The notes: generated by a model not told the origin, from the sequence alone. 63,459 nucleotides of DNA from Anaerolineae bacterium (GCA_027021705.1 JALUTT010000027.1:1-63459); one strand, 5' to 3'; positions 1-10,416 are shown, counted from the first letter of the stretch. Translations and numbers: made by a program.

Positions 1-27
1 ACATTGATGCACTTCTGGATTCGACAT
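1..27 (-). CDS. 5' end of a CDS running off the window (MSNPEVHQC...)
   Basis: On the minus strand a GGAGG RBS precedes ATG at 27; only 9 codons are visible. Confidence 0.3.
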
Positions 28-221
28 AGAACACCCTCCCGAAGCTGGCACAGAATTCATAGAACAAACGATACCATTGAATGACCATGACCGCAAGTCG
101 GGAAGTTATTTTTGGACAAACCCTTACGAAGCCCAGAGCCCATTTCGGCTACCTGTAGGTCCCCAACTCGATACGCTCGCGCAGGGAGGAATTTCGCCGG
201 TGGCAGGATGCAGGGGTGTTG

Positions 222-367
222 CGGTGATTACCCAGGGGTAGGGGGATAACCATCCACGAATAGGGCACGCATACACGAATTAGGAGCCGCCCCATTCGTG
301 CATCCGTGAGAAACCCGTGGGCAGCCTACCGCAGTCCATCCCCTCGCTCACTTATGGGTAATCACCA
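222..367. mobile_element. MITE-like element family A, diverged copy 1 (inverted relative to copies 2 and 3)
   Basis: TIRs cggtgattaccca...tgggtaatcacc; interior aligns by eye with the reverse complement of 33661-33815; ggggtgttg occurs on both flanks (213-221, 369-377). Confidence 0.8.
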
Positions 368-374
368 GGGGGTG

Positions 375-403
375 TTGACTTGCCGGCCAATTGGTGCTAC
401 ACT
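375..403 (+). promoter_or_regulatory. sigma70-type promoter TTGACT-17-TACACT
   Basis: Near-consensus boxes with 17-bp spacing, upstream of ATG 424. Confidence 0.55.
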
Positions 404-423
404 CTGGCTGGAGGTGTGTGGAG

Positions 424-882
424 ATGGTACGTTGGTTGAGTGCCTACATCTGGACGTTGTTTCACGAAGTGCTGGGCGCTGCCCTGAGCCTGGTGATGGG
501 GCTTCTCATCTGGGTCTTCGTCTACCAGATCATCACAGCCCGTGCCCAACTGACCTGGTTGGTCGGCATCGGAGTCGCCCTGACCGTCCTGTATCTCTGG
601 TGGCACTACGCCCGCCCCTACGTGGAGGAGAGGCCAGAGGCCGCCTTCTTCGACGCGCCCGAAGAGTACAACCCTCTCTGGCAAGCTCGCATCGCGGCCG
701 ACCTGACCACGGCCGCGCTGGGGTTCTCCATCAACCTCTTCTGCCTCCTGGCCGTGCTGACCGGCGGCCCTCCGGTACGCTGGTTGCTCCTGGCCATCCT
801 CAGTGGTGGTCCCTTCCTGCTGGTGGGCCTGGGAGCCGCCTGGCAGCGATGGCAGACGAAACGAAATTGGCAATCCTTCTGA
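424..882 (+). CDS. hypothetical integral membrane protein (about 4 TM)
   Basis: Hydrophobic segments, GC3-rich codons; ATG 424 chosen within ORF 391..882. Confidence 0.7.
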   Translation: MVRWLSAYIWTLFHEVLGAALSLVMGLLIWVFVYQIITARAQLTWLVGIGVALTVLYLWWHYARPYVEERPEAAFFDAPEEYNPLWQARIAADLTTAALGFSINLFCLLAVLTGGPPVRWLLLAILSGGPFLLVGLGAAWQRWQTKRNWQSF

Positions 883-938
883 ACCTGAGACCTTTTTCCC
901 CTTCCTTTTTCCCGCTTTCTATGCTATACTGTTGTACC

Positions 939-1165
939 TGACCGCTGACAACCGACCGCCGACCAGGGGAAGCGCCGAGGGATGAGGTGCTGAGAAGGGG
1001 CAAGGGGCAGGGGGCAAGGGGCGAGGACCGCATTCGACCGCCGACGGCCGACCGCCGACCGCCGATCACGCGGCCTGGCGATTGGCGGCTTGGCGGCGGA
1101 CTGAGGACTGCGGACTGTGGACCAAGTGACCAAGCAACCAAGCGACCACCTGACCACCTGACCAA
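939..1165. repeat. mixed heptamer/octamer simple repeats (accgccg, ggggcaa, ggactgc, gaccaagt) in the leader of the 1181 gene
   Basis: Visible tandem oligomers; extended -10 TGcTATACT at 922-930 upstream. Confidence 0.75.
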
Positions 1166-1180
1166 ACCGAGGGGGGGACG

Positions 1181-2914
1181 ATGGACTATAAGAACCGGCG
1201 GCTAGCCGCTCTCTTTCCGTCTGTCTTCATCGCGGGAGCCCTGCTCTTTCTCCTTTGGCCTCACTTACTGTCCTTGGCCGCTCCGGCTAACCAGGCCACC
1301 GGCACTGCAGTTCTGGTCAGCAACGAAGGGCAGGCCGGGCCCCAGGTGGATTACACCTGGCTCCAGGACTCCATTGCCGACCCCCAGCCAGGCTGGCGGG
1401 ACCGAGACTTCAACCCCAGTGCCTCCGGCTGGACGACCGCCTTCCCCGTCAAGCGGGCCACCGCCTGGACCGGCGGCGGAGCCATTGACCCGCTCCTGGC
1501 CTTGGGAGCCGACCACATCTGGGGAGGGACGCCGGGAGGCCCCCTGGAGGCCGACGCCGGCAACGGCACGACCTATCCCAACCGCTACAACGGCACCGAC
1601 TACGACAACGGCTATCCCCTGCCCACCGACCCGGCCCCCCAGTACCTCTTCATCCACCGCCCCTTCTGCTTGCCCATCAACGCCGCCACCCCCTTCGCCG
1701 ACGCTACCCTGAGCCTGCTCAACGCGACGACCATCGGGGCCGGCCTGGACGGCGAGGCCTCCGTCTGGCTCAACGGCGTCAACGTTGGCGTCGTGACCGG
1801 CGACGAAACGGGGAGCGTGACCACCTTGTCCCTTCCGGGTGGCTTCCTCCAGCGGGGAAAGAACGTCCTGGCCCTACGGGTGGGCGATGCCCGGGGCGAC
1901 GATATGGCCGCCATCCTCTACGGTGCCCAGCTTGCCTACACGGTGGACCCGGCAGCCCTCCAGCCCGCCGCCAGCCCCAGTGCCCCCATCGTCGGAGAGA
2001 CGGTTGCCTTCTCCGCCAGCACCGACGGGCTGAGCAACCGCCCGCCTTACGCCTACGCCTGGGACTTCGGCGACGGGACCAACGGGAGCGGGACCAACCC
2101 CACCCACGCTTACGCCGCGCCGGGCACCTACACCGTGACCCTGACCATCACCGACCGGGATAGTTGTACCGGCATCGCCACGCTGCCCCTCGTCGTTGCG
2201 GCCAACCCCCTGACGCTGACCAAGACGGCCGCACCGGACCCGGTGGCGGCCGGGGAGGTGCTCCAGTACTCCCTGACCCTCGTCAACGATGCCGCGGCCG
2301 GCCGCACCCTCACCAACCTGATCGTCACCGACACCGTGCCGGCCGGCACCACCTACCTGGCCTGTGGCGGAGGGCTCTCCTGTGCCGAGAGCGGCGGCGT
2401 GGTCACTTGGCAGGTGGGCGACCTGAACCCCGGCGAGAGCCGCTCCCTCCAGTTTCAGGTGCGGGTGGCCACCACCCAGACGGAAGCGGTGGTCAACGGC
2501 GATTACGGGGCCCGCAGCAACGAGACCGCCGTGCGGGGGCTACCCCTGACCACCCAGGTGCTGGTCGTCGGCACGCCCACGCCGACGCCCTCCCCTACGG
2601 CAACGTCCACGGCAACCCCCTCGCCGACCGTCCCTCCCTCGCCCACGGCAACGCCGACGATGCCGACGCCTACCGTCCTACCGCCCACGGCGACCCCGGT
2701 GACGCCGGCGCCCACCGCGCCGCCACCACCGCCGCCACCTCCTTCGCCAACACCGACACCGGCCCCCACCGCCACCGCACCGCCGATGCTCTTGCCCGTC
2801 TCAGGCGGAGACGGCGGTCCCACCGCCGGTGCGATCCTGCCCATCCCGGCGATCGCTCTCCTGGCTGCTTTGGGGATGGCTTTGTATCGGAGACGCGCAA
2901 CCCGTAAACCGTGA
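1181..2914 (+). CDS. cell-surface protein: signal peptide, PKD domain, DUF11 domain, Pro/Thr linker, LPxSG sortase-like anchor
   Basis: WDFGDG...HAYAAPGTYTVTLT (PKD); LTKTA...VTDTVPAGTTY (DUF11); LLPVSG followed by TM and RRRATRK tail. Confidence 0.85.
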   Translation: MDYKNRRLAALFPSVFIAGALLFLLWPHLLSLAAPANQATGTAVLVSNEGQAGPQVDYTWLQDSIADPQPGWRDRDFNPSASGWTTAFPVKRATAWTGGGAIDPLLALGADHIWGGTPGGPLEADAGNGTTYPNRYNGTDYDNGYPLPTDPAPQYLFIHRPFCLPINAATPFADATLSLLNATTIGAGLDGEASVWLNGVNVGVVTGDETGSVTTLSLPGGFLQRGKNVLALRVGDARGDDMAAILYGAQLAYTVDPAALQPAASPSAPIVGETVAFSASTDGLSNRPPYAYAWDFGDGTNGSGTNPTHAYAAPGTYTVTLTITDRDSCTGIATLPLVVAANPLTLTKTAAPDPVAAGEVLQYSLTLVNDAAAGRTLTNLIVTDTVPAGTTYLACGGGLSCAESGGVVTWQVGDLNPGESRSLQFQVRVATTQTEAVVNGDYGARSNETAVRGLPLTTQVLVVGTPTPTPSPTATSTATPSPTVPPSPTATPTMPTPTVLPPTATPVTPAPTAPPPPPPPPSPTPTPAPTATAPPMLLPVSGGDGGPTAGAILPIPAIALLAALGMALYRRRATRKP

Positions 2915-2957
2915 AACGTCATGCTCAAGGCGTGATGATGTCGTTGGAGGTTCACCG

Positions 2958-5900
2958 ATGAGACGGTATCTGCTGCTCCCGGTCGTTACCGGTATCGCGT
3001 TGCTCGGTCTGGTGCTGCTGATGACGACGATGGACGCCGGATCGGCCAAGGCCGCCCCGGCCTCGGCTCCCCTGGCCGCTCCCGCCCGTGCCCCTCGGTT
3101 CGCTCCCCTGGCCCAGCCCCTCAGCCCCACCTACCAGGTCAGCGATAGCAACCAATCGGGAGGTCCCAGCTTTCAATGGGTCGAAATCCGCGACAGCGGC
3201 ACCCCTATCCTCCAGGGGACGATGGATAACCGGGGCTCCGGCTCTCATGCCATCGGCTTCTACTTTCCTTTCTTCGACCAGGTCTACAGCCACCTGCGGG
3301 CCAGCAGCAACGGCTACATCTACTTTGGGGGCAGCGCCGCTGATGGAACCCAAGTGCCTATCCTCATCGGCAGCTCCAGCGGCATCAACAACTTTATCGC
3401 GCCCTTCGGCACCGATCTCTACTTGGTCCAGGGCGTCTCCGCCGTCTACCTGGAACGTCAGACGAGTCCAGAGCGCCGGACGATCATCGAGTTCGTGGAT
3501 GTCCAGTGGTGCTGTGGCCTCAACCTGCCCAACACCTTCGAGGTGATCCTCTACCCGGATGGGCGGATCCTCCTGCAGTACCTCCAGGTGCGCTACCTGA
3601 GCAATCCCCACGCCTGGGTGGTGGCCGGCATCGAGAACGCCGACGGCAGCCGGGGCATCGCCTACTACCAGGACTGGTTCGACGAGAACGACACCCTTCA
3701 GGATGGGCTGGCCGTCCTCTTCGACCCCGGCAACTCCGTCTTCGGCCACCTGCTGGCGGACCCCACGGCCCACGAGGCCTACGAGGACCCCGGCTGGGTC
3801 CTCACCTTCACCACCGACATCGTCAACCTGACGGGCATCACCGATACCTTCGACGTCACCTACAGCTTGAGCATCAGTTCCGCCGTCGTGCCCACCCCCG
3901 CCCTCTGGGCCGTCAATGTGCCTACCAGCGTCGGTCCCATCAGCAACACCTACGCCCGAGCCTTCGACGTCGTCGCCACCCTCCCCCTCTCCGCCGCCTG
4001 GGAAGACCTGGCCGTGATGGCTGTCACCGTCACCGCTCAGACCTCCCCCACCCTCTCGACCACGCTCCAGATCACCTACGGCGTCGCCCAGCGGGACCTG
4101 CGGGTGACCAAAGGGTTGGTGCCGGACACGCCCGCGCCGGGGCCTGGCGGCGCCTTCGGCTACCTGATCGAGGTGGGGAACGGCGATTATCCAGGGAGCA
4201 GCCGGGGGGCGACGGCCCGGGGCGTCCGGCTCACCGACACGCTTCCCTTCTCGGCCACCCTCGTGGGCTTCCTGGCCTCCCAGGGCACGGTGACCACGGC
4301 GACGGTGGGTAGCACCGTCCTCCTCACCTGGGAGGTGGGTACCCTGGAGCGCGGGATCACCGCCCAACTGGGCGTGGCGATGGAAGCCTCCTCTGCCCTC
4401 TCCATCGGTACGGTGCTCACCAACACCGCCGGAGCCACGATGACGGCCAGCCGGGAGCGCGGCCCCTTCGACAACAACCGGGTGGTCTACACCCTCACCA
4501 TCGCCCCGCCTTTCCTGGACTTCGACCTCTCCAAGGATGGTCCCGGTCAGATCGGTCCGGGTGAGGTGGCGACTTTCACCCTCTCCGTGATCAACCGGGG
4601 GAACGTTCCCATCACCGGGACGTTGGTCACCGATACGCTGCCCCCTGGCACCGCCTTCTACGCCACCACCTGGCCTACCTACAGTCTGCCGACCAGCCGG
4701 ACCGTCGTCTTCACCGTCGGCTTGGTCAACAACGCTCCTTGGAACGCCCTCAGCTTCCAGATCGGCATCAGCGTGCCGCCGACGACACCCGTGGGCACCT
4801 GGCTCACCAACACAGCGGAGGTGACCACAACTGCCTCCCTGAGCGGTTTCACCTCGGCCAACGGAGACACGGCCCAGGCCACGATGCAGGTGGTGGACCT
4901 GCGGGGTGATCCCTTCGTCTACAAGCGACTTCCCACCCAGAACGGCAGCCCCATCCCGCCGGAGCCCGGCGGCGACTACACCTTCTGGATCCAGTACGGC
5001 AACGCCGGGTACGTCACCGTCTACAGCGTCACGCTGACGGATACGCTGCCCCCCGCTTACGTGACGCTCCTGGAGGCGACGCCGGCGGGCGGCAACGTGC
5101 CCATCACCGCCACCCCCGGCCTGATCACCTGGACGCTGGACAGCCTGGTCCCCGGCCAGAGCGGATGGGTCCGGGTGCGGCTGCTGGTGGACGCCAACGC
5201 CCCCGCCGGCACCCAGCTGGTCAACCGGGCCGGTATCACCGTCACTTCGGGTGGGAACATCACCCTCACCAACGATCAGAGCACCGTCACCGCCACCCTC
5301 CAGGCTGCCGACGTCACCGTCCACAAGGTGGTCACGCCGGCCGGAACGCTCCAGGTGGGGGATCGCCTGACCTACACGCTCCACTTCACCAACACCGGCC
5401 CCCTCTCGGCCACCGGCGTCGTCTTGACCGACGTCCTCCCCGACGGGTTGACCGACGTGGCGTGGGTCACCGATGGTCACCCGATCACCCTCACCGCCGG
5501 CCCGCACCGGTTGGTCTGGGAGGCCACGGCACCGATGGGAACGGGCGACCACGGCACCATCACCGTCACGGCCCGGCTGGACCCCGCTGCCACCTGGCCG
5601 GCCCAGCCCATCCTGACCAACACGGCGACCATCGCCACGGTGCGGGGGGAGGAGCCGCCGCCCGATGACGATCCCAACACCGCCACCGTCACCAACACCG
5701 TCGCCCTGGCCTCCCCCTACGTGACCAAGGAGGGGCCCACGCTGGCCCTGCCCGGCGAGCTCATCACCTACACGCTGGGGTACGGGAACCCCGGCCTGCT
5801 CCCCGCCGACGGCGTCTGGTTGACCGATACGCTGCCGGTCGGCACCTTCTACGTCACCGACACCTCCGGCTACCCCCTCCATCAGGCCGGTGGAACGGTC

Positions 5901-8027
5901 GGTTGGTTCCTGGGCACCGTCCCCAGCCGGACGACGGGCATCACCTTCCACCTGGTCCTCAGCGCCCCGGCCACCCTCCCCGTCGGCACGGTCCTCCAGA
6001 ACCAGGTCGTCCTCACCACGACCTCCTACGACGGCGATCGGACCGACAACACCGCCATCTGGATGACGCCCGTGGGCTACGACCTGAGCGGCTCCTACAA
6101 GCGGGCCAACGGACAGCCCGGCCTATGGATCGCCCCCGGCCGCCGCCTCACCTACACTGTGGTTCTGACCAACCGGGGGCCCTACAGCGCCACGGCGGTT
6201 ACCCTGACCGACCCGCTGCCCCTCACCACCACCTTCGTGAGCGGTTCGCTGATGGCCACCGGCGGGCAGTACGGCTACGACCCGTCGGGCCGGACGGTTA
6301 CCTGGACGGGGACGGTGACGGGCTACACGGCAGTGACGGTCACCTTCCAGGTGACGGTGGCCCCCTCGGGCGCTCAGCCTCGGGGAACCGTCATCGTCAA
6401 CACCGCCTCCATCTCCGACGGGACCCAGTTGCTCCAAGCCTCCGTGCCCGTGACGCTGACGGGACCGAACCTGAGTGGGAGCTACAAGACGGTGGACAAC
6501 GCCGGTCCGCTGACAGGCCAGCGCATCACCTTCACCATCGTCCTCAGCAACAGCGGTGAGGTGACGGCGACGGCCCGTGTCACCGACCTCTTGCCCGTGG
6601 GCACCGTCTACGCCGGCGGTGGCGGGGCCAGCGGCGGGACGCTCCTGTTCGGCACGCCCGTGACCTGGACCGGCGTCGTCACCCCCGGCGGGCGGGTGAC
6701 GCTGACGTTGCCGGCAACGGTGACGGCCCTGCCCGGCAGCACGATGGAGAACGTGGCCTGGATTGACGATGGGGCCGGTGTGGTGCTCCGGCGCAGCCAG
6801 ACGGTGAGCGTCCTGGCCCCGGACCTGGACCACGCTGAGACCGTCAAGGTGGCGAGCACCGGCGCGGTGACCAGCGGTGGGCGGGTGACCTACACGCTGC
6901 GGCTGGTCAACCGGGGTACGGCTCCCACCACCGCCCGGCTGACCGATACACTCCCCACCGGCCTGGCCTACGCCGGCGGTGGGTCGGCCAGCGGCGGAAC
7001 CTTGGGCGACGGCGCAGCCCCGCTCATCACCTGGACGGGGACGCTGGCGGCCAACGGCGGCGCGGTCACCATCACCCTCCCCGCCGTCGTCACCGCCACG
7101 CCGGGCAGCGACCTCCTGAACGTCGCCTGGGTGGACGACGGCGCCGGTCGCGTCTTCAGCCGGACGGCCTCCCTCCACGTCTACACCGCCCCCGACCTCT
7201 CCGGCTCCACCAAGGAGGTCACACCGACGGTGGTCCGCCGGGGCGACCTGCTGACCTACACGCTGCGGGTGCGCAACGGCGGCGAGGCCGGCACCGCCTT
7301 CCGGGTCACGGATACCCTGGGCAGCGGCGTCACCTTCGAGGGCTTCCTGGGGGCCGACGCGGGGAGCTACGGTCAGGCCGGCGGGGTGATCACCTGGACG
7401 GGGACGGCAGCCGGCGGGGCGGAGATCGCCCTGCGCTACCGGGTCCTGGTGCAAGACGGCGCGGCCAGCCCCATCACCAACACGGCCCGCTTCGACGATG
7501 GGCAGGGCAACCGCTACGACCGGACGGCTCCGGTGACGCTGGCGGAGCCGGTGCCCGATGGGGTTAAGACGGCCACGCCGGCGGGGACGGTCTTCCCCAA
7601 CAGCACTATCACCTACACCATCGTCCTCAGCAACAGCGGCGGCGTGGCAGCCAGCCTCTGGCTGAGCGATCCCATCCCCAGCCATACCCTCTACGTGGCC
7701 GGCAGCTTGGGTATCGGTGCGACCGGGCTGGGCATCGAGCGGGTGCCGCCGGGGGCGATGGGTGTGAGCGACGCCGGGTACAACTACCCCATCTACCATC
7801 CCCTGAGTAGGACCATCACCTGGGAGGACGATCTGCTGCCGGGCAAGCGCGTCACCCTCGTCTTCGCCGTCTTCGTCGAGGGGGACGTGGCCGCCGGCAC
7901 CCGGATCACCAACACCGTCTGGGTCGAGGAGCAGCGCAACCCGACCCTGAGCTTCACCCGCTCGGTGGCCCACACCGTCACCTGGCGGGCCATCTACCTG
8001 CCGGTGGTGGTGCGCAACGGGCCGTGA
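2958..8027 (+). CDS. large secreted DUF11-repeat surface protein with C-terminal YLPVVVR motif
   Basis: GGAGG RBS before ATG 2958; signal peptide; about 9-10 repeats of K...G..lTYtl...N.G....lTDtLP; ends WRAIYLPVVVRNGP. Confidence 0.88.
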   Translation: MRRYLLLPVVTGIALLGLVLLMTTMDAGSAKAAPASAPLAAPARAPRFAPLAQPLSPTYQVSDSNQSGGPSFQWVEIRDSGTPILQGTMDNRGSGSHAIGFYFPFFDQVYSHLRASSNGYIYFGGSAADGTQVPILIGSSSGINNFIAPFGTDLYLVQGVSAVYLERQTSPERRTIIEFVDVQWCCGLNLPNTFEVILYPDGRILLQYLQVRYLSNPHAWVVAGIENADGSRGIAYYQDWFDENDTLQDGLAVLFDPGNSVFGHLLADPTAHEAYEDPGWVLTFTTDIVNLTGITDTFDVTYSLSISSAVVPTPALWAVNVPTSVGPISNTYARAFDVVATLPLSAAWEDLAVMAVTVTAQTSPTLSTTLQITYGVAQRDLRVTKGLVPDTPAPGPGGAFGYLIEVGNGDYPGSSRGATARGVRLTDTLPFSATLVGFLASQGTVTTATVGSTVLLTWEVGTLERGITAQLGVAMEASSALSIGTVLTNTAGATMTASRERGPFDNNRVVYTLTIAPPFLDFDLSKDGPGQIGPGEVATFTLSVINRGNVPITGTLVTDTLPPGTAFYATTWPTYSLPTSRTVVFTVGLVNNAPWNALSFQIGISVPPTTPVGTWLTNTAEVTTTASLSGFTSANGDTAQATMQVVDLRGDPFVYKRLPTQNGSPIPPEPGGDYTFWIQYGNAGYVTVYSVTLTDTLPPAYVTLLEATPAGGNVPITATPGLITWTLDSLVPGQSGWVRVRLLVDANAPAGTQLVNRAGITVTSGGNITLTNDQSTVTATLQAADVTVHKVVTPAGTLQVGDRLTYTLHFTNTGPLSATGVVLTDVLPDGLTDVAWVTDGHPITLTAGPHRLVWEATAPMGTGDHGTITVTARLDPAATWPAQPILTNTATIATVRGEEPPPDDDPNTATVTNTVALASPYVTKEGPTLALPGELITYTLGYGNPGLLPADGVWLTDTLPVGTFYVTDTSGYPLHQAGGTVGWFLGTVPSRTTGITFHLVLSAPATLPVGTVLQNQVVLTTTSYDGDRTDNTAIWMTPVGYDLSGSYKRANGQPGLWIAPGRRLTYTVVLTNRGPYSATAVTLTDPLPLTTTFVSGSLMATGGQYGYDPSGRTVTWTGTVTGYTAVTVTFQVTVAPSGAQPRGTVIVNTASISDGTQLLQASVPVTLTGPNLSGSYKTVDNAGPLTGQRITFTIVLSNSGEVTATARVTDLLPVGTVYAGGGGASGGTLLFGTPVTWTGVVTPGGRVTLTLPATVTALPGSTMENVAWIDDGAGVVLRRSQTVSVLAPDLDHAETVKVASTGAVTSGGRVTYTLRLVNRGTAPTTARLTDTLPTGLAYAGGGSASGGTLGDGAAPLITWTGTLAANGGAVTITLPAVVTATPGSDLLNVAWVDDGAGRVFSRTASLHVYTAPDLSGSTKEVTPTVVRRGDLLTYTLRVRNGGEAGTAFRVTDTLGSGVTFEGFLGADAGSYGQAGGVITWTGTAAGGAEIALRYRVLVQDGAASPITNTARFDDGQGNRYDRTAPVTLAEPVPDGVKTATPAGTVFPNSTITYTIVLSNSGGVAASLWLSDPIPSHTLYVAGSLGIGATGLGIERVPPGAMGVSDAGYNYPIYHPLSRTITWEDDLLPGKRVTLVFAVFVEGDVAAGTRITNTVWVEEQRNPTLSFTRSVAHTVTWRAIYLPVVVRNGP

Positions 8028-8043
8028 ATTTACTCCTTAACAA

Positions 8044-8574
8044 TTAGTGCCAGAAGCGAAACAGCTGTGATGGACTCATCACGTTCGGCAGACAAGCATA
8101 GCAATAGGGTTCTGGAAGCTGGGCTACCATAGCTTCTAGACGGCTTTGCAGTAGGTCGAACTGACCGTTGTAATGGTTGATGAGGGCAAGATCCAACGTC
8201 ACAATGGTATCTACTCCCAGAAAGCTCCCAACTTTATCGGTGCCGAAAGTGCCTAGGCTCAGTACCTTGGCGTCCTCACGGGTAAAGCTATGTTTCCGAA
8301 GCCGACGCGCCCAACGTTTGAAGTATCGGCCGGGTCGTATCACCTGGACTGCTTCCAGGATCAGGTCAACTTCAGGCGGACGGTCAGGGATATGCTGTAA
8401 TACGTGGAAGCTCTCAGGCGTCATAAAGAGCGAAGCACCAAACCGCCGTGCCTGGTAAACGAGCACGAGGGAATCCCTCTCCTCTGCGCTTATTGCGAGT
8501 TCAGCCCCGATCTTCACCAGTCCGCTGATGGCCTTGCGGATGACGTTCTTGTCGAGGAGGTAGAAAAGGCTCAT
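8044..8574 (-). CDS. PIN-domain-like hypothetical protein
   Basis: N-terminal YLLDKNV, internal REDA and VTLD acidic motifs; RBS GGAGG; lower GC than flanks. Confidence 0.55.
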   Translation of the reverse strand: MSLFYLLDKNVIRKAISGLVKIGAELAISAEERDSLVLVYQARRFGASLFMTPESFHVLQHIPDRPPEVDLILEAVQVIRPGRYFKRWARRLRKHSFTREDAKVLSLGTFGTDKVGSFLGVDTIVTLDLALINHYNGQFDLLQSRLEAMVAQLPEPYCYACLPNVMSPSQLFRFWH

Positions 8575-8597
8575 CTTTTTCCTCCAAAAGGATGGTG

Positions 8598-8795
8598 AAA
8601 GCCCCCCTTATAATCAGGGGGGCTTTTAGTCTCGGGGGAAATTTAAAACGTTAATTCAGAAAGATCAATCGTTAATTCACGTGAATCTTGTGTATTGGTT
8701 CTCCATGCTACCTTTCAGGGGGCTTTAATCTCGGGGGAATTCTTTGAAATGTTAATTCGGAAAAATCAATTGTGTAATTGGCTCTCTACGCCACC
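8598..8795. repeat. AT-rich degenerate tandem duplication (8614-8712 / 8715-8795) overlapping hairpin aaagcccccc...ggggggcttt (8598-8626)
   Basis: Both units share tcagggggcttt.a.tctcgggggaa...gttaattc.gaaa.atcaat...tgtgta.ttgg.tct. Confidence 0.7.
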
Positions 8796-8840
8796 TTCGT
8801 TGCGGCCTCGCCCTTATTATACCAGACTGGCCGCAAGATG

Positions 8841-9269
8841 TCAAGGTGCAAGCGCTCGATTGGAAGCAGGCTCCCATTTGGGGTTACCCCCCCGGCGAGT
8901 GGGCAGACGGGCATCGGGCCTGACGTCGGCTTCTTCCAATTCCTCTAAGTCCTTCAGCGACTCCTCGGCCTCTGCGAAGAGTCGCTCCCAGAGAGCATCT
9001 TCATCCTCAGGCGAGAGTGCCAGGTACTCCCTGTAGGTCAGTCCACCTAGAAAGGGCTCATCCAGTGCGAGAGGAGCTCCATCTCGCTTGTGGGTCAGCA
9101 CCTGTCTGAAGTGTTTAATCGCCTCTTCTTCTACCTTTGCAAAGCGCTGGGCTTCTTGGAGCTGAGGCACCAGGTTAACAAGCTGAGCCAGTTCCTCGGG
9201 AGTACAGGCTTTGAGGAGTGCTGCGATCCGTTGCACGCGCTTGGAGATCCTCTCCTTTTTCACAACCAT
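8841..9269 (-). CDS. hypothetical protein, possible antitoxin partner of the 8044 PIN-like gene
   Basis: 142-aa ORF with RBS and acidic C-terminal half, upstream and co-oriented with the PIN-like gene. Confidence 0.6.
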   Translation of the reverse strand: MVVKKERISKRVQRIAALLKACTPEELAQLVNLVPQLQEAQRFAKVEEEAIKHFRQVLTHKRDGAPLALDEPFLGGLTYREYLALSPEDEDALWERLFAEAEESLKDLEELEEADVRPDARLPTRRGGNPKWEPASNRALAP

Positions 9270-9357
9270 TCCCTCTTATCTCCTCCACAAGGGTGCAATC
9301 TGGTAAACCAAGTATAACACAGGTCGAGGCCAGAGGCAAATTGAAAATTGAAAGCCC

Positions 9358-9386
9358 TTGACGGCTGCTTCTTTCAATGGCATAAT
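9358..9386 (+). promoter_or_regulatory. sigma70-type promoter TTGACG-17-CATAAT
   Basis: Near-consensus boxes upstream of ATG 9448. Confidence 0.6.
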
Positions 9387-9447
9387 CTCCTCGCTCTTGG
9401 CAGGCTTATGGGGTAGCTCTATTCCTCATAGAAAGGATAATCGTGCG

Positions 9448-10416
9448 ATGAAGGTCCTGGTGACAGGCGCGGCAGGCTTCATCGGATCCCACGTGGTGCG
9501 GTCGCTGAATCGGCGCGGCATCCGCCCCCGTATCCTGGTCCGGCCTACCAGCAATCGGACCAACCTGTCCGACCTGGATGCGGAGGTCATCGAGGGAGAC
9601 CTGCTCGACCCTCCCTCCGTCCTCCGAGCGTTGGATGGATGCGAGCAACTCTACCATATCGCCGGCTTCGTCTCCCCCCGGCCCAGCCAACGGACGCTGC
9701 TCTTCCAGAACAACGTCCAGGCGACCATCAACGTGATGGATGCAGCTCGGCAGGTCGGCATCGCTCGCATCCTCTACCTGGGGAGCACCACCGCCATCGG
9801 AGCCTCCGACGGCCCCTATCCTATTGACGAGAACGCCCCCTACAACCTGGGGGGGACAGGGGTTGCCTACTTCGAGGCCAAGCGGGCGGCGGAGCTGGCG
9901 GTGCGCGAGCGCGTTGAGGATGGCCTCCCCGTCATCAGCGTCTACCCCGGCTTCTGCCTGGGGCCGGGCGACATCTACCTCTCGTCTTCCAAGATCATCG
10001 TCTCCTTTGCCAAGGGCCAGCTCTTCTTCACCACCCGGGGCGGGATCGCCTTTGTGGACGTGCGGGATGCGGCCGAGGCGGCGGTGCTGGGGATGGAGCG
10101 GGGGCGGATCGGTGAGCGCTACTTCGCCGGCGGCCACAACCTCACCTACCGGGAGTTCTTTCAGCGTCTGGCCTCGGTCCTAGGACGGCGTCCGCCCCGC
10201 CTGACGTTGCCCAATCCCGTCCTGCGCTTCCTCTGTGTGGTTGGTGAGCCCCTCACCGACGGGGCGGTCTTCAGCCGGCTCTTCTACCACATCTTCGCCC
10301 GCTACCACTGGTACGACAGCAGCAAGGCACAGCGCGAGTTGGGCTGGACGATGCGTCCCCTGGAGGAGACGCTCCGGGACGCCGTGGCCTGGCTCCGACA
10401 GGTCGGCTACCTTTGA
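9448..10416 (+). CDS. NAD-dependent epimerase/dehydratase (extended SDR, HpnA/dihydroflavonol-reductase-like)
   Basis: TGAAGFIGS Rossmann motif, YFEAK (YxxxK), VDVRD. Confidence 0.9.
   Translation: MKVLVTGAAGFIGSHVVRSLNRRGIRPRILVRPTSNRTNLSDLDAEVIEGDLLDPPSVLRALDGCEQLYHIAGFVSPRPSQRTLLFQNNVQATINVMDAARQVGIARILYLGSTTAIGASDGPYPIDENAPYNLGGTGVAYFEAKRAAELAVRERVEDGLPVISVYPGFCLGPGDIYLSSSKIIVSFAKGQLFFTTRGGIAFVDVRDAAEAAVLGMERGRIGERYFAGGHNLTYREFFQRLASVLGRRPPRLTLPNPVLRFLCVVGEPLTDGAVFSRLFYHIFARYHWYDSSKAQRELGWTMRPLEETLRDAVAWLRQVGYL

Noticed and set aside
2952..7973. Long minus-strand ORFs (999 aa, 616 aa) and similar shadows such as 55752..58040 and 45247..47019
   Set aside because: Antisense or alternative-frame shadows of GC3-rich real genes, with no recognisable motifs.
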